Source: Squalus acanthias
Taxonomy: Eukaryota
Direction: 5' to 3'
Assembly (NCBI GenBank): GCA_030390025.1
Contig: CM059432.1
Coordinates: forward strand, 1,178,001 to 1,242,000
Length of the DNA: 64,000 nt
How positions within the stretch are numbered: the first letter of the stretch is position 1; the number at the start of each line of letters is the position of its first letter. Both the position numbers and the translations under genes were made by a program. The notes beneath the pieces were generated by a model. It ran no database searches. It was not told where the DNA came from and worked only from the letters and a program-made list of their open reading frames with translations. Of this stretch, positions 42,072 through 55,065 are shown one piece after another.

Positions 42072-42840
42072 AGAATGAAACACAGCCTTCGGCACTCCCA
42101 GCCGCAGCTGCAGAGAACGGTATCTATCCCCCTGACTATACTGTCCCCTACCACTACAACATTCCTTTTCCCCCCCCCCCCCCCCCCCCCGACTTAAATG
42201 GCCTCCTGTACCACGGTGCTGTTGTCAGTTTGCTCATCCACCCTGCAGACTTCGCCCTCATCCACACAGGCAGCAAGAACCTCATACCTGTTGGACAAGG
42301 GCAAAGGCTGAGGTTGCTCCAGCACTGCACCTGGGGTCTCCTTACCTGCCTGAGTTGCAGTCACACCCTCCTGTCCCTGACCACTAGCCAGACCTGTACC
42401 ACTACCTAACCTAAAGGGTGTGACTCCCTCCTGGATCAAAGATAACTCTCCCCCCTCCCTGATGCCCCGCAATGTCTGCACCTTGGACTCCAGCTGAACA
42501 AATCTGAGCTGAAGTTCCTCGAGATGCTGACACTTACTGCAGATGTGGTCGTCTGGGATTGCGATGCTCTCCACAAACTCCCACGTGCTGCAGTTGCGGC
42601 ACACCACCTGCATTGCCATCCCTTTATAACCTTGTTTTATTTATTTAGTTAATTAAAATTTATGTATTTAATTAACTTAGCTTATAGTTTAGTTTTTAGC
42701 TAATTACTGGATCTGGTTTAAGTGCTAGGTAGATGAAATTAAATATTTACCTGTAACACAAACCACTAAAAGTATTGGAGACAAAAAGCAGCACCTCCTT
42801 TCCCCTCTGCTCCGAATTCGCACTCTCTCCAAATGCCCAA
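42072..42840 (-). mobile_element. CR1 5' end: 5' UTR and ORF1 fragment (zinc finger, leucine zipper, start of esterase domain)
   Basis: MAMQVVCRNCSTWEF...HICSKCQHLEELQLRFVQLE...LSNRYEVL, then VVVGDSIVRGIDTVLC after a poly-G frameshift. Confidence 0.85.
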
Positions 42841-43276
42841 GTTTTACACTTGGTTTCGAAGTACTCCAATTAAGACCACTCTGTGCGTCAGCAGATAATA
42901 GCTCTTGTGAAGCGCCCTGGGATGTTTTACTATGTTAAAGACGCTATATAAATGCAAGTTGTTGTAGTTCCACACAACACTAATTTCAATTGTTCTGCCA
43001 CACGAAATGGACACAAACTCAACATAAGGTAACTTCAATTTATCTACACTGCAGTGCTGAACTCTAATACAGATAAACTCTACTCACTCAGCTGCCTTCA
43101 CACTCTGCTGTTCTCTCCCAACTCATCCTTTTAAAATAACATGCATGGTCCTTCAAAAATCTGTCCACGGTCTTAAAGACACCTCAGTTAATGTTCTTTG
43201 CAGCGCATTCTAATAAGTGTTTATAAAACTCGCAAAGCATTTTGAGAATTTAAGTTTTAATTTTAACGGTTTTCAA

Positions 43277-46200
43277 GAAAAAACAAGTACACTGCGTCAT
43301 GGGGGACTTTAATCTTCATATAGACTGGACAAATCAATTTGGCAAAGGTGGTCTGGAGGACGAGTTCATGGAATGCATTTGAGACAGTTTCCTAGAACAA
43401 TACGTCATGGAACCAACCAGGGAGCAGGCTATTTTAGATCTTGTATTGTGTAATGAGACAGGGTTAATTAGTAATCTCATAGTAAAGGATCCTCTGGAGA
43501 AGAGTGATCATAATATGATAAAATTTCACCGAGTTTGAGAGTGAAATACTTCAGTTGGAAACGAGAGTCTTAAACTCAAATAAAGCCAATTACATAGGCA
43601 TGGGGGCGAGTTAGCTAAGGTAGATTGGAAAATTTGATTAAAAGGTATGACGGTAGATAAGCAGTGGCAAACATTTAAAGAAATATTCCAAAATTCTCAA
43701 AGAATATGCATTTGGATATGCAGACAAGGAATTGGCTTAAGGACAGAAAACAGCAAGTTGTGGTAAATGGCTGTTTTTCAGACTGGAGGATGGTAGACGG
43801 TGGTGTTCCCCAAGGGTCAGTGCTGGGGCCACTGCCTTTTTTGATATATATAAATGACCTGGATATTGGAATACAGAGTAGAATTTCTAAATTTGCCGAT
43901 GACACCAAACTTGGGGGTGTGGCAAACAGTGAGGATGATACCAATCGACTGCAACAGGACCTAGAAAGGCTCGCAGAATGGGCAGACAAGTGGCAGATGG
44001 AATTTAATACAGAGAAGTGTGAGGTGATGCATTTTGGCAGAAGGAACAGGGAGAGGCAATATACACATAATGGCACAGTTTTAAAGAGTGTGCAGGGACA
44101 GAGGGACCTGGGAGATAATGTGCATAGGTCCCTGAAGGTGGCAGGACATATCAAAGGCCTTCACTCCCAGGTCCCTCTGTCCCTGCACACTCTTTAAAAC
44201 TGTGCCATTAAGTGTATATTCAACATGCAAGTATGTAAAAAGAAAAAGATTAGTGAAGACAAATGTAGGTCCCTTTCTGTCAGAAACGGGAGAATTTATA
44301 ATGGGGAACAAGGAAATGTCAGAGCAATTAAAAAAAATACTTGGTTCTGTCTTCACGGAAGAGGACACAAATAACTTCCCAGAAATGCTAAGGAACCAAG
44401 GGTCTAGTGAGAAGGAGGAATTAAAGGAAATTAGTATTAGTAAAAAAATAGTACTGGAGAAATTAATGGGACTGAAAGCCGATAAATCCCCAGGGCCTGA
44501 TAATCTGCATTCCAGAGTATTAAAAGAGGTAGCCATGGAAACAGTGGATGCATTGGTTGTCATCTTCCAAAATTCTATAGATTATGGAACAGTTCCTGCA
44601 GATTGGAGGGTGGCAAATGTAACCCCACTATTTAAAAAGGAGGGAGAGAGAAAACAGGGAACTACAGACCGGTTAGCCTAACATCAGTAGTAGGGAAAAT
44701 GCTAGAGTCTATTATAAAGGATGTGATAACAGGACACTTAAAAAAAAAAAAAAAAAATCAATGGGATTAGACAAAGTCAACATGGATTTATGAAAGGGAA
44801 ATCGTACTTGACAAACCTACTGGAGTTTTTTGAGGATGTAACTGGTAGGATAGATAAGGGATAACCAGTGGATGTGGTGTATTTGGATTTTCAGAAGGCC
44901 TTTGATAAAGTCCCACATAAGAGGTTAGTGTGCAAAATTAAAGCACATGGGATTGGGGGTAATATACTGGCATGGATTGAAAATTGGTTAACAGACAGGA
45001 AACCAAGAGTAGGAATAAATGGGTCTTTTTCAGGGTGGCAGGCGGTGGGGTACCGCAGGGATCAGTGCTTGAGCCCCAACTATTCATAATATATATCAAT
45101 GATTTGGATGAGGGAACCAAATGTAATATTTCCAAGTTTGCTGATGACACGAAACTAGGTGGGGTTGTGAGGAGGATGCAAAGAGGCTTCAAGGCGATTT
45201 AGACAAGTTGAGTGAGTGGGCAAATACATGGCAGATGCAGTATAACGTGGATAAATGTGAAGTTATCCACTTCGGTAGGAAAAACAGAAAGGCAGAGTAT
45301 TATTTAAATGGTGATAGATTGGGAAATGTTGATGTACAAAGGGACCTGGGTGTCCTTGTACACCAGTCACTGAAAGCAAACATGCAGGTGCAGCAAGCAG
45401 TTAGGAAGGCAAATGGTATGTTGGCCTTCATTGCAAGAGGATTTGAGTACAGGAGCAAGGATGTCTTACTACAGTTGTACAGGGCCTTGGTGAGACCACA
45501 TCTGGAGTACTGTGTGCAGTTTTGGTCTCCTTACCTAAGAAAGGATATACTTGCCACAGAGGGAGTGCAGCGAAGGTTCACCATCTGATTCCTGGGATGG
45601 CAGGACTGTCGTATGAGGAGAGATTGGGTCGACTAGGCCTGTATTCACTAGAGTTTAGAAGAATGAGAGGGGATCTCATTGAAACGTATAAAATTCTGAG
45701 AGGGCTAGACAGACTGGATGCAGGGAGGATGTTTCCCCTGGCTAGGGGGCCTAGAACGAGGAGTCACAGTCTCAGGATACGGGGTAGGATATTTAGGACT
45801 GAGATGAGGAGAAATTTCTTCGCTGAGAGGGTGGTGAACCTGTGGAATTCTCTACCACAGAAGGCTGTGGAGGCCAAGTCACTGAATATATTTAAGAAGG
45901 AGATAGATAGATTTCTAGACACAAAAGGCATCAAGGGGTATGGGGAGAGAGCGGGAATATGGTATTGAGATAGAGGATCAGCCATGATATTTAAGGCTCG
46001 AAGGGCTGAATGGCCTACTCCTGCTCCTATTTTTTCTATGTTTCCATGAACCTTTATAAAGCGCTGGTTAGGCCACAACTGGAGTATTACGTCCAGTTCT
46101 GGTCACCACACTTTAGGAAGGATGTGAAGGCACTTGAGAGGGTGCAGAGGAGATTTACTAGAATTTTCTGGGGATGGGGGATCTTAGCTACAAGGACAGG

Positions 46201-48875
46201 TTGGAGAAGCTGGATTTGTTTTCATTAGAGCAAAGGAGGTTGAGGGGTAATTTGATAGAGGAGTACAAGATTATGATGGGTTTGAATAGGCTAGACGGGG
46301 AAAGGCTGTTCCTAGTAGTTGATGGTACAAGGACTAGGGGACACAGATTTAAGGTTTTGGGCAACAGATACAGGGGGGACGTGAGGAAAAACTTTTTACG
46401 CAGCGAGTGGTGATGCCCTGGAATTCGCTGCCGACGGAAGTGGTGGAAGCGGAGACACTCAAGGTTTTCAAGAGGAGACTGGATAGGCACTTGAGGGAAA
46501 TAAACTTGCAGGGCTACGGGGATAGACCGGGAGAGTGGGACTGACTGGATTGCTCTACAGAGAGCCGGCACGGACTCGATCGGCCGAATGGCCTCCTTAT
46601 GTGCTATGACTAATTGAGAAATCTAATGGGAAAAGTGATCCATCCGTGGATAAGATTTAAAGAAAAGGCTTATAATGTTACAAAGAATAGTATCAAGCCT
46701 GAGGATTGGGAGAACTTTAGAAATCAGCAAAGGAAGACCAAAAAATTGATAAAAGGGGAGAAAATAGAATATGAGAGTAAACTAGCAAGAAATATAAAAA
46801 CAGATTGTCAGAGCTTCTACAGGTATGTAAAAAGGAAGAGAGTCGCAAAAGTAAGCGTTGGTCCCTTAGAGGCTGAGACAGGTGAAATTATAATGGGGAA
46901 TAAGGAAATGGCAGAGACTCTAAACAAATATTTTGTATCTGTCTTCACAGCAGAAGAGACAAAGCATACCAAAAATAGTGGGGAACCAAAGGGCTAATAA
47001 CAGTGAGGAACTTAAAGTAATTAATATCAGTATTTTAATTATTGTCCTGGCCAATATTTATCCCTCAATCAACATAACAAAATCAGTTTATCTGGTCATT
47101 ATCACATTGCTTTTTGTGGGAGCTTACTTTGTGCAAATTGGCTGCCGCGTTTCCTACATTACAATAGTGACTACATTCCAGAAGTACTTCATTGGCTGTA
47201 AAGCGCTTTGAGACGTCCGGTGGTCGTGAAAGGCGCTACATAAATGTAAGTCTTTCTTTCTTTAGAGAAAAAGTACTTGAGAAACTAATGGGACTAAAAG
47301 CCGACAAATCCCTGGATCTGACGGCCTACATCCCTAGGGTTCTAAAAGAGATGGCTGCAGAGATAGTGGATGCATTGGTTGTGATCTTCCAAAATTCCCG
47401 AGATTCTAGAATGGTCCCAGCAGACTGGAAGGTAGCAAATGTAACCTGGCTATTCAAGAAAGGAGGGAGAGAGAAAACAGGGAACTACAGGCCAGTTAGC
47501 CTGACATCAGTTGTCGGGTAAATGCTGGAATCCATTATTAAGGAACATTATAATATGATTAGGCAGAGTTAACATGCTTTTATGAAAGGGAAATAGGGTT
47601 TGACAAACTTTCGTTTTTTGAGGATGTAACTAGCAGGGTAGATAAAGGGGGACCAGAGGACGTAGTATATTTGGACTGCTAAAGGCATTCGATAAGGTGC
47701 CACATAAAAGATTGCTACTCAAGATAAGGGCTCATGGGGTTGGGTGTAATATATTCGCATGGATAGAGGATTGGTTAACGGATAGAAAACAGAGAGTAGG
47801 GATAAACAGGTCATTTTCTGATTGGCAGGTTGTAACTAGTGGAGTGCCGCAAGGATCAGTGCTTGGGCCTCAGCTATTTACAATCTATATTAATGACTTC
47901 GATGAAGGGACCGAGTGCCATGTATCCAAGTTTGCTGACTACAAAGCTAGGTGGGAAAGTAAGCTGTGAGGAGGACACAGAGTCTGCAAAGGGATATAGA
48001 CAGGTTAAGTGAGTGGGCAATAAGGTGGCAGATGGAATAAATATGAGGTTATTCACTTTGGTAGGAAGAAGGTGGCAGATGGAGTATAATGTGAGTAAAT
48101 GTGAGGTTATTCACTTCGGTAGGATGAATAGAAAAACAGAATATTTTTTAAATGGTGAGAAACTATTAAATGTTGGTGTTCAGAGAGATTTAGGTGTCCT
48201 CGTACAGGAAATACAGAAAGTTAGCATGCAGGTACAGCAAGCAATTAGGGAGGCAAATGGCATATCGGCCTTTATTGCAAGAGAGTTGGATACAAGAGTA
48301 AGGAAGTCTTACTACAATTGTACAAGGCTTTGGTGAGACCACACCTGGAGTACTGTGCACAGTTTTGGTCTCCTTATCTGAGAAAGGACATACGTGCCTT
48401 GGAGGCAGTGCAACGAAGGTTCACTAAATTGATCCCTGGGATGAGAGGGTTGTCCAATGAAGATCGATTGAGTAGATTGGGCCTATACTCTCTGGAGTTT
48501 GGAAGAATGAGAAACATATAAGATTTTGAGGGGGATTGACAGGTTAGTTGCTGATAGGTTGTTTCCCCTGGCTGGAGAGTCTTGAAGTAGGGGGCATAGT
48601 CTCTGGATAATGGGTCGGCTATTTAAGACTGGTGAGGAGGAATTTCTACACTGAGTGTTGTGAATCTTTGGAATTCTCTACCCTAAAGGGCTGTAGATGC
48701 TGAGTCGTTGAGTATATTCAAGGCTGAGATAGATAGAATTTTGGACTCTAGGGGAATCAAGGGATATGGGGATCGGGCGGGAAAGTGGAGTTGAGGTCGA
48801 AGATCAGCCATGATCTTATTGAATGGCGGAGCAGGCTCGAAGGGCCTACTCCTGCTCCTATTTCTTAAGTTCTTA
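43277..48875 (+). mobile_element. Nested stack of sense-strand CR1 LINEs plus a DeuSINE fragment (47040-47262)
   Basis: Endonuclease motifs VMGDFN, PTREQAILDLVL, SDHNMI (43277-43712); RT fragments 43713-44220, 44228-46045, 46046-46612; outer element resumes 46614-48875. Confidence 0.9.
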
Positions 48876-49699
48876 TCGAACAAAATTTGACACCGAGTCA
48901 CTGATATTGGGACAGGTGACCAGAAGCTTGGTCAAAGAGAGAGGTTTTGAGGTGCGCCTTAAAGGAGAGGCGGAGACGTTTCGGGAGGGAATTCCAGAGC
49001 TTAACACCTAAGCAGTTGAAGGCACGACTGCCAGTGGCAAGTGGAAGGAAATAAGGGATGCGCAAGAGATTACAATTGGAGGAGTGCAGAGATCTCGGAG
49101 GGTTGTAGGGCTGGAGGAGTTTAGAGTTGGGGTGGGGGGGGTGCGGCCAGACCAAGGAGGGAACTTGGCATGATAAGAGAGTTTATAAGCCATGGCTGCA
49201 AGAAATGGCTCCAGTTAGAATTCTTGGCAGATGTAAAAAAAAAAAAATGCCGGGATTTGGGAAAGAGCGGAGGAGTGGGTCTTACTGGATTGTTCTTCGG
49301 AAGAGCCAGCGCCGACTCAATGGACCGAATGGTCTCCTCCTGTGCTGTACTATTCTATGGTTCTATGGTCACTCATTTCCGTTCCTCACTATACTTCTCT
49401 AGCCGTGGGGTTATCACCTCCGGTAATGTAGATCGTAGCAATCCATTCTCTTCCCATATATAGTGTATCGAACTGTTTAGCAGGCTCAGGAGCTAACTTT
49501 CAACTCAAGAAATTCTACCTCAAGACATTTCTTGGCACCCATGGTTGTCCTAGATGCTTATGGCTTCCAAATCATGCTAAATTCCACACAACACTGGTTT
49601 TCAGCGATGCTGCCATATTAAATCATCTACCAGTTTCATGATGAGAATTGCAATGCCTGTACAGGTTTAGCAGTATTTAACTGTATTTTTCAAAAAAAT

Positions 49700-50455
49700 C
49701 ATTAGAATTATAAAAATTTATGTGACAGAAGGAGGCCATTCGGCCCATCGTATCTGTGCCAGCTGAAAAGGAGCTAACGGGCCTAATCCCACTTTCCAGC
49801 TCCTGGTCTGTCACCTTGTAGGTTGCGGCACTTCAAGTGCATATCCAAGTACTTTTTAAATGCGATGAGGGTTTCTGCCTCTATCCACCCTTTCAGGCAG
49901 TGAGTTCCAGACCTCCACCACCCTCTGGATGAAAACATTTTTTCCTCCTATCCCCTCTAACCCTTCTACCAATTACTTTAAATCTATGCCCCCTGGTTGT
50001 TGACCTCTCTGCTAGGGGAAATAGGTCCTTCCTATCCACTCTATCTAGGCTCCTCATAATTTTATACACCTCAATTAAATCTCCTCTCCGCCTCCTCTGT
50101 TCCAAAGAAAACAACCCCAGCCTATCCAATCTTTCCCCATAGCTAAAATTCTCCAGTGCTGGCAACATCCTCGTAAAACTCCTCTGTACCCTCTCTAGTG
50201 CAATCACATCTTTCCTGTAATGTGGTGATCAGAACTGTATGCAGTATTCTAGCTGTGGCCTAACTAGCGTTTTATACAGTTCCAGCATAACCTCCCTGCT
50301 CTTATATTCTATGCCTCGGCTAGTAAAGGAAAGTATCCTGTATGCCACCTCATCTACCTGTCCTTCTACCTTCAGGGATCTGTGGACATGCACTCCAAGG
50401 TCCCTCTGTTCCTCTACACTTCTCAGTATCCTACCATTTATTGTGTATTCCCTTG
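49700..50455 (-). mobile_element. CR1 3' fragment
   Basis: QRDLGVHVHRSLKV...[29 protein letters not shown]. Confidence 0.9.
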
Positions 50456-50545
50456 TCTTTTCAGTGTAAAATTCCGCACATGCGCAAATCTTTGAATGGG
50501 CCGCGTAGCCCATTAAAGGGACCGTGCACCCAAATTTAAAATTAG

Positions 50546-50698
<153 letters not shown>

Positions 50699-52830
50699 TC
50701 TTTGCCAAACAGGAATCCTCTTCAGTGCACATAATGATTGAACTTGATCAGTTTCTGCACTTTATGCTGTAAATACACAGCAAAGAAAGAAAGAGTGGTT
50801 GGCCTGAACTCATGAAGGCTGCATTAAACCTAAGCATGTAGAACGTCTTCGGACGCGCCAGGGCAGTTTCACTGGTCAATGTGAGATGCAACGGAGCTGT
50901 TGCTTCTTTATTATAGATAGTTAAACAGGCGGAGGCTTAGGGGTTCCAAGGATTATCAAGTGGCCTTGCTTGTTTTTTTTTCCCCCCACTTTGATGACTA
51001 TGTAGTCCAATTTAGACCCAACTCTAGCATCGGTGCAGTTTAACAAAGCACAGAGCCCATTCACGTCATTGGCGCAGATTCTAATAATGTGCTTTGGTTG
51101 AGGTAGCAGTAGGTCAGGAAGGAAGAAATGTTCATGGCTTTGGCCTGTTAATAGCCATATTTTTGTTGCACTAATTGTATTTATAATTTGCCTAGACTTA
51201 ACGCCATTGTTATTTTAAAACGTGTAAAATATTATTAGCACTTTTTAATCCCTTTTTGTATTAGACCCCACAGAACACCAGCAGCGAAGGACTTGAGTTC
51301 ATTTCTGCTCAGGGTCGTTAGTAAATTATGAGTGAAAGATGCAGTATCTACAAGGTCTTTTTTGAAATGCCTCTTTAATCCTGTGATGCCACTACACTAA
51401 GATGTTACTTGAGATCTTCTGTGTTAGCATACTTTTAAAAAATCTAAATACCTCAGTTGTAGATCAGATGTAAAAGAAACAAAAAAAAAATTGTAAAATT
51501 CATACATTTGTAAAGGATATCTCTGGGAAACAGGGTAATGGACATATGAAACTGCCTTGTAGCATCTCAGTGTCTAATTATCTACTTTGTCGTTCGTTTT
51601 GTCACGTTATGACGTTGGGTTTGTATACTGTTACTAGCATCTTACAGGGAAAACGAGATTTTATTCTGTATTAGATTATGCCAATGCCAAGTTATTTATG
51701 GACCATTACCAGAGAGGTGTGAACCATTGAATAAGAACCTATCACTTGGCTGCAGATGCCACTTGGAAGCACCATTGGTTTTAAAAATGTATTTTTTTAT
51801 CAATCTGTTCTGAAATCTGAGGCATGATCTAACGGGAATAAAATCAAAAAAGTGTACATCGTTCCTGAATAGTACACGTTTGGGTTTATATACACATTGC
51901 AACACCTTGTGCAGATTGTCCAGCAACCACAAATGTTCATTGCGCCAATTTTCTCCCTCTTTCCTAAAGCCGTGGCTTCCTTGCTGCGGCATGCTTCTAC
52001 AGGCGCTGGTTGCCGTCTGGAACCTTGCCCAAGTGGCCAGTTGACTTGGCACAGACCTGGGGTCTTTCTGTATAGACTAAGCAACTCCTTGGAGAAACTC
52101 GCCTGAACCGTTGCTGGTTACATTGGGTTTTTCTTTCCTTTCTGAATTTTCAGCAAAGTGTTTATTTGTAATTTGGAATCTGTAGTCCTGTGTTTCCAAA
52201 CTGATGATCCTAGAATTTAAGTCCCCTTATTTACACTATGTTGTATAATTCTATATTGTGGCTATTTTTGTTTTATTTTCGAGTAGAATGAAATAACTGA
52301 GGTTTTTGACATCTGGTCATGTGGGTCAAGTAATGTAATGTGAATCTTTCCAATTTGCTTACACTGGAGAATGTTATCAACATTTTTGCTGTAGTACACA
52401 TATTGCTCAGGGGGGAAGGGAAATAAAAAATACATTTTAAAATGTTGAGGAGCTGAATCTTGTAAATTACCCAAGAATTAATGTGCCCCTGGTTGTTGTA
52501 ACTGTATTTCATAAATGGAGGAAGAAATTGGCCACCTTGCATTGCCAAGTGACGTGATTACAGAAGGAAGTAGCACTTATAAATGTTCCCATCAGGGAAC
52601 CTAAAACATACAATATTGTAATTTTTTTCTGCCTGCCCATCACACACTAAGTTACTGTGATGCTCTTTGAGACCGGGGGGGTTGAGAACTGGGTCTGTTC
52701 ATTGTGTACATGAGTGGAAATGTTGACTAACTCGACGGTGATGAAAACTGTCACTGTATTTTTGACTGTATGTAGACTGCTATTAATCTGCTGTATTAAA
52801 AAAAGACACGTGTCCAGATATGTCGTGGTT
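50699..52830 (+). other. TTC39C: Probable TTC39C 3' UTR
   Basis: AT-rich stretch free of recognisable repeats after the stop; candidate poly(A) signals AATAAA 51837 and 52422, ATTAAA 52795 with upstream TGTA motifs and downstream GT-rich sequence; true end unknown. Confidence 0.6.
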
Positions 52831-53473
52831 GATATCTACAAAGTATTGTAACTGGAATATAAATGGTCATCACATTGTAGCTGGTTTGAAACAATTTCAA
52901 AATATTTGACCTGAACTTTATGGGGGGGGGAAATCAGTATATAAAACTATTGCTTTTAAGCGTTGTGCTATTATAACCTCAAATGTGCTATTGGGCAAGA
53001 TTCCACATTATATGTTTAAACAAGTGTATACGCACACCACACTCAGTATTACCTGGGTTTCAGCTTCAACACAAGCTATCCAAAATTTTAATGTTATTTT
53101 TTCAAACTTAAACTACCATACAACTCGAGTCTGTTTTTAAAAATTTGTTCTCAGTATGTGTGGGCGTCGCTGGCAAGGCTGGCAGTTATTGCCCATCCAT
53201 AGTTGCCATGAGAAGGTGGTGGTGGGTCTTCTTGAACTGCTGCGGTCGTTGTAATGGTGGTCCCACAATGGTGTTGGGTGCGGAATTCCAGGATATTGAT
53301 GCAATGACAATGAAGAAGCCGTGGTAGATGCCCAAGTCAGGATGGTGTGTGACGAGGAGGGGAACTTGCAGGTGATGATGCTCCCATGATGTTGCTGCTC
53401 TTGTCCTTCTTGGTATTAGAGGTTGCTGGGCTTGGAGGTACTGTCAGAGTAAAGTCTGAGAGATGCTGCAGTG

Positions 53474-53885
53474 CATAGAATCATACAGCGCAGGAAGTGT
53501 CTATTCGGCCCATTGTGCCTATGCCGGCTCTTTAAAAGAGCTCTCCATTTAATCCCACTCCCCAGCTCTTTCCCCACAGCCCTGCAAATTTCTCCTTTTC
53601 AAGTATTTATCCAATTCCATTTTTGAAGTTGGAATTGAATCTGCTTCCACCACCCTTTCAGGCAGTGCGTTCCAGATCTTAACTCGCTGCATAAAAAAAA
53701 ATTATTTTTCCTCTCCCCTGTGGATTTTTTTGCCAATTATTTTAAATCTGTGCCCTTTGGTTACCAACCCTCCTGCCACTGGAAACAGTTTCTCCCTATC
53801 TACTCTCATCAAAACCCTTCATAATTTTGAACACCGCTATTAAATCTCCCCTTAACCTTCTCTGCTCTAAGGAGAACAATCTAGC
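53474..53885 (-). mobile_element. CR1 3' fragment nested in an A-tailed LINE fragment (53140 to about 54190)
   Basis: CR1 tail catagaatcatacagc; host sequence gcagtgcat|...|cctgtagacagtac resumes. Confidence 0.8.
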
Positions 53886-54298
53886 ACCCTGTAGACAGTA
53901 CGTACTGAAGCCACACTCTGGCATATCTACCATATGAGCCAAGTTCACCTATTGTACAGCCCAACTAGGAGTATTTTACATAAACTTAACATGATGAGCG
54001 TGTGTGGAAGAACTGAAGTTTGATCTATTACTTTATAGTTGTGTGAAGCAGGTGGTGAAACTGGATTATGATCCAACGATTCAAATATGCTGAAGACCCA
54101 ACAGAGCAGGCGTATGTTGGAGATGGGTAATTTGTCCACCTTGCTGGTTTTGCCAAGGCAGGGGATGCAGAGAATGCGACTACCTACAACGATGCTGTGA
54201 GAGAGGTAGACCGGAGGTCTCTAAGGAGAGCAGAAGTAGCTCAATCTAGAGATTTTCTGTCTGACAGAGAAGGTTATCAGAAATCAGCTCATTTGATT

Positions 54299-55065
54299 GG
54301 CCCTGAATTTCCGATCGGAGGCTTCATGCGGGTGGATGCCTCCTATCGGGGAAAAAAATCTACGAACTTACCTGCTGGTTCTGTAGATACCGAGGCTTGC
54401 GATCCTGGGCCTCTCCTCTTCGAAATGCGCAGAGGCCCACGTATCCCAGGGGCGCACGGCGGTTCGCAAGCGCCCCTGGGATCACATGGGCCAGGCAAAC
54501 CAATGGAAGAAGGGAATCCCCCTTCATACTTTTGACAGTTCCGTACGCTCAGAACTGTCAAAAGTATGAATGGGGATGACTGGAAAAATGCACCAACACA
54601 CTGAAATAAATAAAGAAAAACCTTACATATGTAAAATTAATTAAAATATCATTTAATTAAATATTTTAAACAAAAATTTATTTTTTTGTTTGGAACCAGT
54701 GAACGACCAGGCTAGAAAATAACTACCTTATTGCACAGGTTTTTTAATGTTTAAAATTTTTTTTTTCAACCATTTAATGTTATTTTAAACTCTTATGCTG
54801 GTAAAAGCAAGCCTTACTCCTGCTTTTACCAGGCGTAAGAATTCCACGGCCTTTCAGCGGGCGGAAGTTGTGCAAAAAGCGGAACTCTCCACCCGCAGAG
54901 GCCCTTCTCCCGGGGATGCGTGCGATCTGTCAAGAAGATTCTTGACAGATCGCAAGTGCCGGGTTTCAGCGCATGCGCTTCGCATGCCTAAACCCGGCAC
55001 TTGCGCGGCCTCGATGGGTGCGTACACACCTCTTATGCATCCGTAGGGGTCGCAAAATTCGGCCC
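54299..55065. mobile_element. Complete Harbinger-like MITE (767 bp)
   Basis: TIRs ggccctgaattt / aaaattcggccc with ATT TSD (54296-54298, 55066-55068); GC-rich arms with internal hairpins and an AT-rich centre. Confidence 0.8.
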
